A DNA stretch of 64,000 nucleotides from Gnetum montanum. Its lineage: Eukaryota > Plantae > Gnetophyta. Where the stretch lies: positions 381,995 through 445,994 of the forward strand of contig MNCI01002560.1 of assembly GCA_015680685.1 (NCBI GenBank). Direction: 5' to 3'. Of the stretch, positions 14,601 through 28,689 are shown piece after piece (the stretch's first letter is position 1; each line of letters begins with the position of its first letter). Under the pieces are notes generated by a model. That model saw only the letters and a list, made by a program, of their open reading frames with translations, searched no databases and was not told the origin of the DNA. Both the position numbers and the translations under genes were made by a program.

Positions 14601-16218
14601 TAACTTTGAGGTGTTTTATTTTCTTAGTAAGGGTATGGATAGGTTGGAATGCTTGATCTAGACTTGGAGATGATGCAGATGTTTGGGGAACTACCAGGGT
14701 AGCTCCCATCTATGGAATAGCAGGGGTAGCAACATGACCCATCGGTGATACCATTGGGGTAGCCCTTATGAACTATGCAAGTGGCGCTATCCACCACTTG
14801 GTAGGTGGTGCTGTTGGAGCTATAGCTGTGGGTTGTGCTAAGCGATGGGCTACTTGTGTGGCCAATGGGATAGACCAGAGTCCCATGCTAGGTTGTACCA
14901 TTTGTAGGGCTTGGTAGGTCTGATGGCCAACGTATTAGGACATTTGTGAGGGTAGTGTAATAGGAGGAGAAGTAAATGGAATCCACCATGTGGATGGGCC
15001 TAGGTCCATCATTGACAATGGAACAGGTGTAAATGTAGGAATATAGGTGGAAGCTGCATGTGACTATGAAGTAGATATGGTATGAATGTGTGGCAGGATA
15101 GCGGTGATTGGTACGTGATGGGATGTAGGAATAGACTGATGAAAATTTTGCGAAGGAATGGTAGTTGAGAATGAAATATGGAAATAGGGGCATTGATACA
15201 CCGAGGGCATGACATGGCTACCCATTGCCAATGTAATCATAGGTTGCAATGACGTAGACGTGATCACGAAGGGAGCGGCCATAGACAATGGGTTCATCCA
15301 AAAGGACGGGGTAGGAGGGATGGTGGCAGGGTTGATTTGATCCCCCCCCCTTGTCAGATTGGGAATCGAGCTCTTCCTACCTATCCTANATTTGATCCCC
15401 CCCCTTGTCAGATTGGGAATCGAGCTCTTCCTACCTATCCTAGAAAGCCTCATCATGATGAGACGCTGTGTCCTACAACTCCCTAGGGCTAAGGACCTGG
15501 ATCAGTTGATCTAGAAGCCATTGGTTCATTTGCGTTAAGGTGATGGAAATGCCAAGAGTGGGAATAAATTCCTTCCCATTATAGTAGGCGAACTAGAAGC
15601 TACACTTCTCTTCAGACTCTTGTGCATCTAAGGGTAAATTTAATTGCACCTTAGTGCAGAGAAAGTTGTATTGCTCGTGTTGTTGGACCAAACCCTCAGG
15701 TCCTTGATTTTGGATCTTAAGGGATCGACATGGCCCTAGCTCTAGGCTGAGTGGTTGTTCGCCACCTGTGATGCCCTGAACCGTGAAGGGAACTTCAAAA
15801 TTAGAGGTGTTAGAAACAGTTCTGGGAGAAGTTATTTTTGTAAAGCTAAATGGATTTGCAAACGAGGAAAACAAGAAGATCGGAAGGCAATCGAAGGCTT
15901 TATATCTTGCTGGATTCCAAAGTAATCGTTGAGACGATCGATCTGTACCACACGATACATAAACAACTGTAAATGGGTGTCATGTTTATGCTAGTGTGTG
16001 ATAGGGTATAGAATGTGTGCAAGACTACTGTAAAAAAAATGGGCAGATAGTGATCGGAGGCTTTATGTTGTGTAGGGTTCTGAAGGAACCATCGAAGCAA
16101 TTGATCTACACCACACGATGCATAAACAACAACAAAAAGGGTGTTAAGTTTACGCTAGTGAGTGTTAGGGTGTAGAACACTTATAGAACTACCCTAAAAC
16201 ATGGAAAAGGCACCAAAA

Positions 16219-16237
16219 GGTCCTCCTTCTAGCGCTA
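16219..16237 (-). promoter_or_regulatory. Primer binding site, tRNA-Arg type
   Basis: Minus strand TAGCGCTAGAAGGAGGACC, matching the TGGCGCTAGAAGGAGG PBS typical of Tat/Ogre elements. Confidence 0.8.
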
Positions 16238-16246
16238 GAAAACTAT

Positions 16247-18163
16247 TGTGACTGCCAATGTCGGTGGCTGGAAAACACCGAGAGGTCATTGGTCATGACA
16301 GTCTTAACCTCGGATCCGTACGAGGGTCGTGCTGTATGAAATGGAAACAGGCTGCCTTGAATGATCTGGTTGATTAGACAAGGACTTAATTGGTGTCACT
16401 AAACCTTTTTCAAACGTGTAAGGTGAAAATAATGTTTATAGAGTAAAATATTGATTATTATATGTGAGGAAAAAAAAGATGTAAAATGCAATGATAAATA
16501 GGAGAACAAAGAAAAGTAAGGTTAAGAAATGCACCACTTTCAAGGCTATGGATTTACTTTATTAGAGTGGATAAAATTGGTTGCACGACGCTGGGAAGCA
16601 CAGAGATCCCAAAAGTAACCAAACACATTGAAAAGCTAGCTTACTGTAAGCTTGAATGTAGACTCAAGGGCTAACAATGCACAATGCCAAAAAAGCACTA
16701 GAAAAGAGCTAACTGAATGCCAAACGGGAATGCTAACATTTTTTTTTGCCAACTTGGGAGTTCTTTGACAACTGGTTTTGTTCCTTGAATTGCCAAATTG
16801 CAAATTGTTTGCCAACGACAATTTTTGCCAATATGCCAACTTGCCAACAATGCTCAAAGCTACTCAAAATTGTCCCCCTTTTGAGCATTGCTTGTTGGGG
16901 TATTTATAGGACTAGGAACATGCAAAAGATGCAGTTTGGATTCCATGTGTCTTGGACCTACTAGGTGTTGATGTGTCTGTGCTGCATGGACATGCAAAGT
17001 TGATTGATGATCCTGCCGCACTACAATTATGCTATCAGAAGTAGAGACGTTGGGATTAGGTGTTCCATCAATGTAGATAAGGAGTGAAGTGCACTAATTT
17101 AGCGTAGCCACGTACTATGCTATGCTACACTATGAAGGATAGCCATGTTAGCATAGCATAGCTACTTGCTATGTTGTGCTATGCCCAATCGCCTACTATG
17201 CTATGTTACATTGTAGAGTGTAGCGTAGCTGCTTATTACAGTATGCTGCGATGTATAGCGTAGCATGTTAGAGTAGCGGAGCTATTTGCTATGTTGTGTA
17301 GCATAGCATAGCATAGCCACCAATTTGTGGAAGAAATCTGCTGCGGCACAAATTGCAAGTGCTGAAAGCCTTTGATGTGTTTTGGTAGGCTTTGCATGTT
17401 TGCTACGCTATGCTACACTACGTAGCATAGCATAGCATAGAAACTGGCCTTAACTGTAATTTTTATTGCAAACATTTGCTTGAAGATCATGTTGACAATT
17501 TGCAACATTTGCTCTTGTGCATTGCAAAGCTTATGAACTTGTTAATCCTTCATCCTAAGATGCCCTTCGTCATTGTTGCATCATTTCTATGCTATGCTAT
17601 GCTACGTAGCATAGGATAGCATAGCAGCCAACATAGCCTACATTTTGCTTGATCTGCTACTTTTCTAGTAAGAGGAGCTTTGCCTAAGGACTTGAAGTTA
17701 AGTGAAGCAACTGGTTTTAAAAGGCTGGAAGTGCTTGCTTAGTGCGATTGAAATCACTAAGTGAGTTGGGCCTTTCTACCTTGCTTTTGCTACATTGTGC
17801 TATGATACGTAGTGTTGCATAGCATAACACTTTTTCCTACAACTATCTTCTGAGGCTTGCTATGCTACATAGTGTAGCGTACCGTAGTAAACTTCTTGAC
17901 TAGAAAATTTGCTGAACTATTTTACGCAGCCTGAGCACCACTGAAAACCCCATGCATTGCTTTTGAGTAGACTATCAGCTGGATGAACTACCTAGGTGGG
18001 CAGGCCAGAGAGTCCGTTAGGCTTTTCAACACCGGAAGTAGAAAATTTGCCAAACTGGATAGTCTAAACTCAGAACATCCATCTCCTAAAGAACTACCAT
18101 GAAATTGCCTAAATTCCAAGGACCTGTTGAAGCAAGAATGCCTTGAAAATTTAGGGTGTTTCA
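16247..18163 (-). repeat. 5' LTR of Tat element A (~1.9 kb)
   Basis: Minus strand begins TGAAACACCC and ends ..gcagtcaCA next to the PBS; internal gctacgcta/tagcgtagc motif clusters. Confidence 0.82.
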
Positions 18164-18573
18164 GCTATCACCTCAAGCTTGGCTTACAAGGAAAAATAAC
18201 AATTAAATAGTTATTAAGAAAAGATTAATTTAATACCTCATCATCTTAAACAATTTAAACACATTCAAGATGATCATACATTATAATTTTGTAATAATAT
18301 AGATAATATTCAAAATACTAGAATATAATCAAATCTAAATAACTGTAATTAATTATGCATGAAAAATGATAACCAATGGATACTAGTGATCATTGTTAGA
18401 CTCAATGTATTCCAATGTCATCTTGATGCCATTGCATAAATAAGAAAACAACATGCTATAGATGAAAAATATATAGAAATAATTAATATTTAAATATCCA
18501 AACATATTACTATAAGAATGTTAAAATAAGGACTCTAATCAATGACACACCCCACATCTCATATTATGGAATA

Positions 18574-19340
18574 TGATGAGTAGTGAAAACTTAGCATTGA
18601 TTAGCTATGATATTGTAGTAGCTATGATTTGTGATATTACATGTTATGACACAATTTTACAGATGTGAAATGATAGTAGTAATAAATACCTATAAATATG
18701 GGTTACCTACCATATTTATGATATTATTTGATCATTTAGGATAGCAAAACTCTATCTGTTTGTTTCTATAGCTTAGTAACTATTAGTGAGTGCTTGTAGC
18801 ATGAATTTAAGTCGATTATATGGAATTATATTTGAGTACCTCATACTTAGATATAATCCATGAATGAAAATAAGATCAAGATTAATTCCTATTCATTGCA
18901 ACATTCTAGCCTAGATTAAATTTACTTTTCTTTGTTATTTAATGAGTGTAAGCTAGCTTCATGTATTTAAACCTATTAGCTTAATGATCTTAGTAGTGAT
19001 ACACATGTCTATACTACAATGAAAATTTAGAGATAGACATTCATTATCCTTAGGCTAGCTTAGGATTTACTTTAATTTATGTTAATTAGATTAGATAATT
19101 AAATTATACATTTTTAAATACATTAACGCATGGTTCTATAAAACTAAATAACATGTGCCTCAAATATACTTAACCATATGAGTTAATGGATACTAGAAGT
19201 ATAGTTGGGAAGATAGCAACCTTTGATCATGTGATAAACTAACTAGATACCGTGCTATCTTCATTTATGGATTATGACATTGTTTTTCATGATTCTTATG
19301 GATCGTATGATTGGATGTTGGACATTATCTCTACTCATTA
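18574..19340 (+). mobile_element. Old Athila-type 5' LTR, followed by a decayed PBS at ~19342-19360
   Basis: TGATGAG..CTCATTA termini; followed by ttagcactatggccaagga, which resembles TTGGCGCCGTTGCCGGGGA. Confidence 0.65.
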
Positions 19341-19629
19341 GTTAGCACTATGGCCAAGGATGCTGCTAGTAATCTAGTTAGATATATTACAAGTGATCTT
19401 TGTTAAAATATTTAACAATTTATGTTTTGATATATTTGATATTATAACCTATACACACATTACTAATTGAATTATGACTTCATGTCATAGGGCCAAAAAT
19501 ATCTTGTGTAATTAGAGCACACTATAGGAAGTAACAATGGAATTAATGTTGAAGAAAATTAAAGTGATCCATTACAAGAAAGAATATCATATGTTCACCT
19601 AGACCTCTAATTTTTAAATTTTACCCTAC

Positions 19630-22600
19630 TAGCATAGGAACACCTCTTTCAATTTCCTTGTGCTTGTCCTATAAGTTGTTTTTGCAGGCTTTTCACTTGG
19701 AAAATACCTAGATGCATGTGTCAAGTTCTTATGTCTATTTTTGTGTTGAATTTTTATGATGAATATTCTTGGATGTTTTGGCATTTTTGAAGGTGTATTT
19801 GGATTATTCTGATGATTTTAGAAGGTTCCAAGATTTATGAGGACTTGTTGGAAGGTATCTGGAGGCTTTTGACATCAAAAAAAGCATTTTTATTTTTGAC
19901 ACCTTTAGGATAAACGTCTTCCCAGAATGATAGATGTCTTTGCAGAGACATCTTCCTTAAAGTAGAGATGTCTTAAGTTCAAAGGAGACATCTACCAAAA
20001 ATAGTGGACATCTCTCTCAAGAGCAAGGATTTCATAGAAGACATCTCTCCAAAAAGATAGAGGTCTCTTCAAAGATGTCTCCCTTGAAATGTAGATGTTT
20101 GTAGTCCAAAGAAGATGTTTATCACAAATAGTAGACATATCGCTTGAGAATAGAGCTCTCATAGGAGATGTCTACATGAAATAAGAGATGTCTATGTTGT
20201 TGAAGAAGAAAAGCTCAGATCTGGCATTTTGATTAGGAAACATCCAAAAGACTCTAGATCCATGTGGAAAACATCTAGGGAACAAAATATAAATCTTTCT
20301 AGGGTTTTGGATATTTACAATTATATATGCCTTCATCCATGAAGAGGAGAAGAGATGGTATGCAAGGAGAACTAGGCAAGAGAGATTGGATGAGCACATT
20401 GGGTGAGTGTAATAGATGATTGCAGCCCTTAGCTTGTGGTGTGTTGATCTATGTGTTCTCTTCTCTTATATCTGACTTGTGAGTTGAAATCTTAGTCTTA
20501 GGTTATGAGATAGATTTCTCTTAGTTGTTTCTTACATTCAGAACAATCATTGTATGATTGTAGAGCCTCATGCTCTGCAATATCATTTGAGTGTGATGTG
20601 TTTTTGGATGCTTGTGGGTTATGTAAACCCTATTGTAATCTTTGAATAATTTAATTGAAGATAGATATTTTTCTTATTTTTCTTGAAAATAAATTTATCT
20701 TCTACATAATATCTAGCTTTAGTGAATTGAAGGTGATTAGTTATTGAGTGAACCTACTCCAATGTTATTGGTATCGGAGCCTAGTTTTATTATTGCTTAG
20801 ATTTTGGTTGAATATTTTATCAATTTTATATGGCATCCAAGAAGAAATAGGTGCAATATTTGAATCCTAACATGAAGAGCATGAAGTCAACTTTCTAGAT
20901 GATGGTTGTTTGATTGGATGAAATCAGTGCAAAGGTGGATAGACAAGCCAATCCTAGCCATATCCCAACATGTGGAGGTGAAGAGCATGTACATTCAAAT
21001 GAAGAAGTTTCATAGCTTGGTGGATATGAAGTAGATGAAGAGGAAGGCAAATCCAACTATGGAAGTGTAGAAAACCATTAGCCAAGGATTCCAATGGGAG
21101 GGAATCCTATTCCTCAAATAATAATCCAAAGGGCTCCTATGATGCTTAATACTTCTTCAAGCAAGCTTGATAATGAAGATGAGGAAAGGCTTGCTAGAGA
21201 ATTCAGAAATGCTTTAATACTTCCATATGTAGAGTTGAAGACTTTTACTAGTGTCAATGGCATTGATGATTTTGCAAGTTGGTTAAAGGAACTTGAGAAG
21301 CAATTTCTGTTGGAAGAGGTACCAGATAATGTGAGGGTACCTATTGCTAAATCCAGATTAGAAGGTATGGCTTCTACATGATGGGAAAAGGAGTTCTAGG
21401 GTTATGAAAGACCAAATGGTCAACCTATTAGGGATTGGGATCTAATGAAGTATAGGTTGAAAAAGAAATTTGAACAATTTCATTAGTGACAAGAAACCAT
21501 TATGAAGTTGAAATTCCTAAGGCAAGGTAACATGGATGCTAAAGAATTTTACATTGAATTTTTTAATTTATTCCATCAAGATAAGGTAAACTAGAAGAAG
21601 TATGAGCAAGCTTAAATCTTTTTAGGAGGTCTCAAAATGGAATATCAGCAAGAGTTGTTCTTTTATGAGCCATAAACACTTGATAAGGCTTATGATTTGA
21701 CACTGAAATCTGATAAGGATTCGAAAATAGGAAGAAACAAAGTTCTAAGTGTAAGGAGAAAGGATCTAGATTTGATAAGGGATAAAAATCCAAATTTGAA
21801 GATAAGGAGGATAGCCAAGATAAAAAGAATGAAAGAGGTGATGAGAAGGATAGAGCCAGGAAGGATCTAAGAAAGGGAGGCAAGGGACAAGGTAGTAGCT
21901 CATCAAAATTTTAGTGCTTCAAGTATGGAGAATGAGGACATAAGAAATGAGAATGTCTACTTCACAAGGTAGCCAAGAGAAAAGATGTGTAAACCATAGT
22001 GGTGGAGGAGACATCAAGCTAAAGTTTTCAAAGAGGTAATCCTAATGCTCCAAAAATTGAGGATGTTTTTGAATTAAATTCTTATGCATTCATGGGGAAT
22101 GTAAATAGAGGAGATCATTCTAATAGGAAATTATTGTTTTAGATTGGGGCTATTTTTTTGTTTAGTGGGGAATGGGTTCATATTTTGATTGATGGGAGAG
22201 CTTAAGAAAATGTTTTTTCTTCTAAAGTAGTTACTAAATTGGGTTTGATAACTCATCCTCATTGAAGACCCTATAAGGTGCATTGGTTATATAAATATTT
22301 CTCCCAAGAGGTGAGGGGATAATGTACTTTGAAATTTAAAATTTGAAATTTTCATGATGTTGTGAGGTGTGATGTGCTTTCAATAGATTATGATGATGTA
22401 TTTCTTGGTAGACCTTAGAATTTTGATAATGTTGTTTAGTTTTATGGAGTAAGAAATGTGTGGAGTGTTGTTAGACTTGATGGAGTCCATGATTTGATTC
22501 CAATGATACTTGAATAAGTGAAGTAGCAAAGCTAACTTAATGCTCCCTTAATCCTTCTAGAAGAGAGAGAATATATTAAGGAACATGATAAAATTAGTTT

Positions 22601-25600
22601 TGGTTTTTTTGTTATGATAATAGTTGCTACTAACTATGATGATGTGTTGGTTCAACTTCCTAAAGGTGTGCTAGGCTTGATGGAGAAATTTTCCAAGGTG
22701 TTCAAGGGGGAATTGGATGGACTATGACTGATGAAGAATGTACATCATCAAATTAACTTCATTCATAGTGCTATCATTCCAAACAAGAGAGCTTACCAAA
22801 TGGAACCAAATTAAAGGGCTAAATTGCAAAGGCAAGTAGAGGGATTACATTCAAATACCTTCATGAGGGAATCCATTTCACCTTGTCTAGTTCCAACGGT
22901 GCTAGTGGCAAAGAAAGATAGTGATGAATGAAGGATGTGCATTGATTCTAGGTTAGTGAGTAGGATAATAGTGAGGTACAGGTTTCCTATTCCAAGGATG
23001 GATGATATCCTTGATGTCCTTACAAATGTTGAAATTTTTAGCAAAATTGGTTTGAAGATTGATTATCATCAAATTAGAGTCAGGCCTAGTGATGAGTGAA
23101 AGAGTGCATTCAAAACACTGGATGGATTCTTTGAGTGGTTGGTGATACCATTTGGGCTCATAAATGCACTTTCTACATTCATGAGGTTGATGCATGATGT
23201 ACTAAAGGACTTGATTGGTAAGTGCTTTATTATATTTTTTTACAATATTTTGGTGTATAGGTCTAAAGAGGAAGAGCACTTGGATCACTTAAGGATGATG
23301 TGTGTTAAGTTGGAGGAGGCATAGTTGGTGATCAACATGAAGAAAAGTTATTTCTTCAAGAGGAAATCACATATTTAGAGCATATCATTTCTAAAAATTA
23401 GATTCAAATGGAAGCTACCAAGGTGAAGGCTATAAGGGATTCGCAAACTCCTAAGAATGTTGGGGAGGTAAGATCATTCCTTAGTTTAGTAGGTTTTTAT
23501 AAATGGTTCATAAGAAATATTAGTGTATTTCATGGCCTCTGTTTGCTTTTTTGAAGAAAAATAAGGAATTTATTTGGGATAACAAAACCCAAGGGAGCTT
23601 TGACTTGTTGAAAGCAAAGATTACTAGTGAACCAGTGTTTGCAATTCCATATTTTTAGAAGCTTTTTCATGTGGAGGTGGATGTAAGTGGACTTTCCATT
23701 GGTGGGATACTTTCACGAGAAGGTAGGGTTGTTGCTTTCTTTTCTGAAAAAAATGAATGATTAAAGGAAAAAAACATAGTGTATATAAGGAGTTGTATAC
23801 TATTCTTCAAGCAATCAAGCATTAGAGGCATTACTTGTTGCCTGAAGAATTCACTTTGATGATGGACCAGAAAGCACTTCAATTTCTAAACTTACAAAAT
23901 AAGTTGAGTGCAAAGCACATGAAGTGGGTTGCACAGTTACAAGAGTTCAATTCTATGTTGAAGCACAAAAATGAAAAAGCCAATGTGGTAGTTGATGCAT
24001 TATCTAGGGTGCATGTGGTAAATTTCAGCATACTTCATGTGGAAGGTATGGATGATTTTGCTTCTTTATATGAGCATGATGTTGATTTTGGGTAGGTTTG
24101 GAGGAGTCTCAAAGAGCTATTAATGAATAGGATACACCAATGGAGGAACTATCATATTCAAGATGAATTGTTATTTAAGAATAGAAAGGTATGTATTTAT
24201 AATTGTGATTTTAGGAAAAATATTTTGTTTTAAAAGTATTGTAGTGGCATGGTAGGTTACATGGGTAAACATTGGAACTTGTGGGTAGGCACTATTGTTA
24301 GCTTGGTATGACAATAGAAGTCTTAAAATTTGTGAAGGGGTGCTTAACATGTCAGAATTTCAAAGGAGGTAAAGGTATAGATGAATATTATAAGCCTTTA
24401 CCAGTTCCCAAAGGTGCATGGGAATGTGTGTTAATGGACTTTGTGAGTGGCATTCCAAAGACCAAGAGTGGGAATGATGCAACGTTTATTATTGTAGATA
24501 GGTTATCAAAACTGACACATTTTATTCAATGCAAGAAGGTGAGTGATGTCTCTTATGTTGCAAATTTATTTTTCTAGCATGTTTTGAAGTTGCATGGTAT
24601 TCCTTTGAATATTATTAGTGACAGAGACTCCATGTTAACAAGTAATTTTTGGAGGTCCCTTTAGAACATTTTAGGAATAACGTTTAATTTCTCTAGTGCA
24701 TATCATCCACAATCTGATGGCAAAATAGAGGTGGTGAATAAATCCTTGCCAAACATATTAAGATGTTTATGTTATGGATAGCCAAATAGGTGGGAAAACT
24801 TGTTGTATCATGCTAAATTTTCATATAATAATGCTTTTCATGTTGCTATTGGAAAAAGATCATTTGAAATGAACTCTGGGTTTTGTCCAAAGATGGTGAA
24901 CACTTTGAAGAGATTTGATGGTGAAGTTCAATGTAGGGGTGATTTTGTGCAAGAGATGAGGGATCTCCGTGCAAAAGTAAAATCAAATCTTAAGAAGACT
25001 ACTAAAGAGAGAGTCCTCAAGAGGAATGAGGGCAAGTGGAAGCCTAATTTTGCTATTGATGATTTGGTTTGGGTGCACTTGAAGAAGAAGTATTTGAGAG
25101 ATGTTAATTTCTCCAAATTAAAAGCTAAGAAGATTAGGCCTTTTAAAATCAAGGCTAAAATTAATGACAATGCTTTTGAGATTAATTTACCAAATGATGT
25201 TGGTTTTTATTTTGTGTTTAATGTTTTAGATCTTGTGCACTATCATGGACTAACTGATGAGGAGACCATATAGGAAAGCATCGATAAGTTCAAGGGGACT
25301 ATTGATTAGTCCAAGCCTTAAATGGAAAAGAAGGAAATTTTAATCAAGTAGAGAAAAGCTTTGAGCACTTGGGGAGTTAAGAAAAATGAATATTTGATCC
25401 ATTGGGATGATCAATCCACTAATGATGTTGTATAGGTTCATGAGACCAAACTTGTTGAGTGGGGGATCACTTCGACCCCTAGTCCCTTATTCACATGAGT
25501 TATTTTTTTGAAGGATGGGAGAGCTAGTGGAGGAACACCTCTTTTGATTCCATTGTGCTTGTCATACAATTTATTTTTGCAAGTCTTGCACTTGAAGAAG

Positions 25601-26623
25601 ACTTGGATGCATGTGTCCAATTTTTTTGTTGAATTTTGATGATGACAATTCTTGGATTTTTTGGCATGCTTAAAAGTGTTTTTGACATATTTTGATGTGT
25701 TTAGGAGGTTCTAGGATTTGTGGGGACTTTTTTTTTGGAGATATCTAGAGGCTTTTAACATCAAAATAAGTATTTTTATTTTTGGCATCTTCAAGACAGA
25801 TGTCTCCCCAGAAATATAGACATCTTCCTTGAAGTAGAGACATCTCAAATGAAAAAGATATGTCTACCAAAAATAGTAGACATCTCTTGAGAGCAAGGCT
25901 TTCACAGAAGATGTCTCCCTAGAAAGATAGACATTTCCTCAAAGACATCTCCCTTGAAGTATAGATGTCTCTAGTCTAGAGAAGACATTTCCCAAAAATA
26001 GTAGACATCTCTCCTAAGAATAGAGCTCTCATAGGAGACATGTACATGAAAAAGAGACATCTATGTCATCAAAGAAGAAAAGCTTAGACATGGTGTTTTG
26101 GTTGGAAAACATTCAAAAGACTCTAGATCCATGTGGTAAACATGTAGAGAGGAAAATAGAAAGCTTCATAGGGTTTTGGATATTTAGAATTATGTATGCC
26201 TTCATCCATGAAGAGGAGTTGAGATGGTATGCAAGGAGAATTGGGCAAGAAAGATTGGGTAAGTGCAAATAGGTGATTGCACCTCCAAGATCATCTTGTG
26301 GTGTGTTGATCTATGTGTTCTATTCTCTTGTATCTCACTTGTGACTTGAGATCTTCATCCTAGGTTATGGAAGAGATTTCTCTTGGTTGTGTCTTGCATT
26401 AAGAACAACCAATGTGTGACTGTAGAGCCTCATGCTCTACAAGATTATTTGAGTGTGATAGCTTTTTGGATGCTTATGGGTTATGTAATTCCTATTACAA
26501 TCTTCAAATAATTTAATTGAAGATAGATAGTTTTATTTTTTTTCTAGCAAATAAATTTATCTTTTGCATAATATCTAGATTTAGTGTGTTGAAAATGATT
26601 AATTGTGGAGTAAACCTACCCCA
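19630..26623 (+). mobile_element. Full-length degenerate CRM-like chromovirus (Ty3/Gypsy)
   Basis: Paired LTRs 19630-20761 and 25525-26623; PBS-Met TGGTATCGGAGC 20769-20780; PPT gaaggatgggagag ~25510-25523; probable TSD cctac/cttac. Confidence 0.9.
20830..25480 (+). pseudogene. CRM-like gag-pol: gag with CCHC knuckle, protease, RT, RH, integrase, chromodomain-like tail
   Basis: Decayed knuckle CFK.GE.GH...EC ~21915; ILIDG ~22185; SISPCLVP..RYRFPIPRMDD, PFGL.NA.STFMRLM; MDFVSGIP, SSAYHPQSDG..EVVN; RPFKIKAKINDNAF; EYLIHW ~25390; many stops. Confidence 0.88.
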
Positions 26624-26628
26624 CTTAC

Positions 26629-27113
26629 CATTAGGATAAATAGTTTTGGTGGAGGGACTTGTAGGATAATGTTGTACTACTACCTAAATGATCTTATCCA
26701 TTCATGATATAAGTAGCTCTCCTAAGATCTAGTCTTAGCCAAAACATTGTTGATTAGTATGTAATTAAAAACATGTCCATACCTTATCATCCAACTAAGG
26801 CTTAGCTCTTATGAGATGCCATGATGATGATAATGCATGAATATAAATAGGATAAGAATGCAATATCATTGACATCTTAGTTTGAGGAGGAGGTTATAAA
26901 ATATTACTCTAAGAGGTCTAATCATCATTGATCTACCTCTCATCTTCTTATCTTCCACATAAAGATAAAACATACCAAAGGCTATGTTCATCTTCAGTAG
27001 AAAATCTTAGAGAACATGGAATGAGCCTCAGAATAAGAAGGGGCTTAAGGCTTAGGATCTCTAGTAGACATGGAAGAGATAAATTAAGGGATCATTGAGG
27101 AATATATAGACAA
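26629..27113 (+). mobile_element. Continuation of the old Athila element (5' gag region), split by insertions
   Basis: Lies between the CRM and Tat-B insertions; resumes at 54258, where Athila gag homology is visible. Confidence 0.5.
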
Positions 27114-28689
27114 TGAAACACCATGAAATTTGCATGTTGTAACCTTGGTAACCCCATCCCATGTGTTGTAAGGCACATATCCCCTAGACTTGATAGAAAT
27201 TTGCAAGAATTTGTAGCCAATTTGCAGCCCAATTTGTTAGCCTTTTTCATTAGATTTATAGCCCAAATCATGACCAAAGACCTATAAAAACCAAATCTTT
27301 GCACCATTTGAAGGATCTCCACACTTTGGCATTTTGGGAATTCAAGAGCTCTTGCTACCTAGTGGAAATGTAGCTTCTTGGGGCCTTTTAGTATAGAACC
27401 ATTATAGCCTTGTTACCCCTATTGCCCCCCTTGGGAGTTTTGAGCCTTGGATATCAACACTAGCATCCTAGGATCTCCAAATCCTAGCATGGAGCATTTT
27501 GGCAACCTTAATCATTTACATTTTGAAACCCCAGAAATGATCCATGTTGCAGATTTTGAATAACAGTAGAGAAGGTTCAACAACATCAGGAGTAGCTAAG
27601 CATCTGGATCATGAAGTGGTTTCCATTGGCTTCAATGGACTTGAAACCCTCACCAAAGTGAACCTCCCTTTTCTCTCCTATGGGCACTTTTGTACACATT
27701 TATGAACTCATTCTTTATTCATTCAATAAAGTTTATAGTTTCATTTTATGTGAAATTTGTATTTGTTTTGAATTTTTAGAATTGCAATTTTTATATTTTT
27801 TACAATCCCATTTTGCACTTCCATTAAGTCCTTAGGTGACCTACTAGACTGTTTAGGGCACCTTGAATCCCATTTTTTTGAAGGCCCTAGGGATTCGAGG
27901 TTGAGAATATTTGTGGTTGAGAATCCTTGGCTTTATAGAAATTGAGAGTTTTAGTCACTATAATTTCTTTGCACTAGAAGGAGGACCTTCACCTAATTTC
28001 TACATTAAAATCTCTTCTTCCCATAGCCAGGATTGACCTACAAGTTTCAATTTTTGTTTTTCAGTAGAAACCTTCAATTTTCAAGCTAGATCAATGTTAT
28101 AACCCATTCCTCTCAACCCCACACACCCAGCATGGGTATTATAAGCATTTGGATGTTGGAATTTTCATAGGAGTTGCTATGAAACCCCCAGGCCAGAATT
28201 GGTTTTTAGGTCCATTTCTACCCCCTTCTATTATCATAGTTTTCCAAGGAAGCCAACATTGGTGGTTCAAATAACCAAACTTCCATCCCTTTATTCCTTG
28301 TGAAATTTGACAGCTTTCCAAAAATTTCTTCTAGAAAGTTTTAGGTTTCCATTTTGGTTGTCAAACTTTCCCCCTTTCACCAACATTAAAATAGGAAGGT
28401 GTGAGATCCCCTCATCTCACCCTCTTCTTTGTCCCCTACCATACCTAGTGTAAATATAGTTGGAAAGCTAGTGTGGGTGATGTTTGTTACAACCTTTTCA
28501 CCTTTCCATTTTTGGTAAAGGGGTATACCTCCCTTACCCCCACTTACTATTTATAGTAAGTACTTCATTTTCAGCCATTTTTCCTTATTTTGACCATTTT
28601 TTAATTCTACTTGCTAGAATTTACTCTTATTTTTGTCTTTTATAGCTTGTCACAAGCCTGTTTTGGCACAATATCCATGTCTCTCCCAT

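Larger units (their letters stand above)
11655..18163 (-). mobile_element. Tat/Ogre-like element A: 5' LTR, PBS, gag, protease; truncated downstream
   Basis: LTR 18163->16247, PBS, gag fragments (PHFIKYNGEGDPNAHL; FCAYHQQCGHDT), protease (VHIDDGAATNI ~12510; FNLILGRSWL..SPIHQ ~12300). Confidence 0.88.

Noticed and set aside
1-18163. 1-73 as the 3' LTR partner of Tat element A
   Set aside because: No PPT next to position 74 or after the intervening solo LTR, and no continuity of internal sequence
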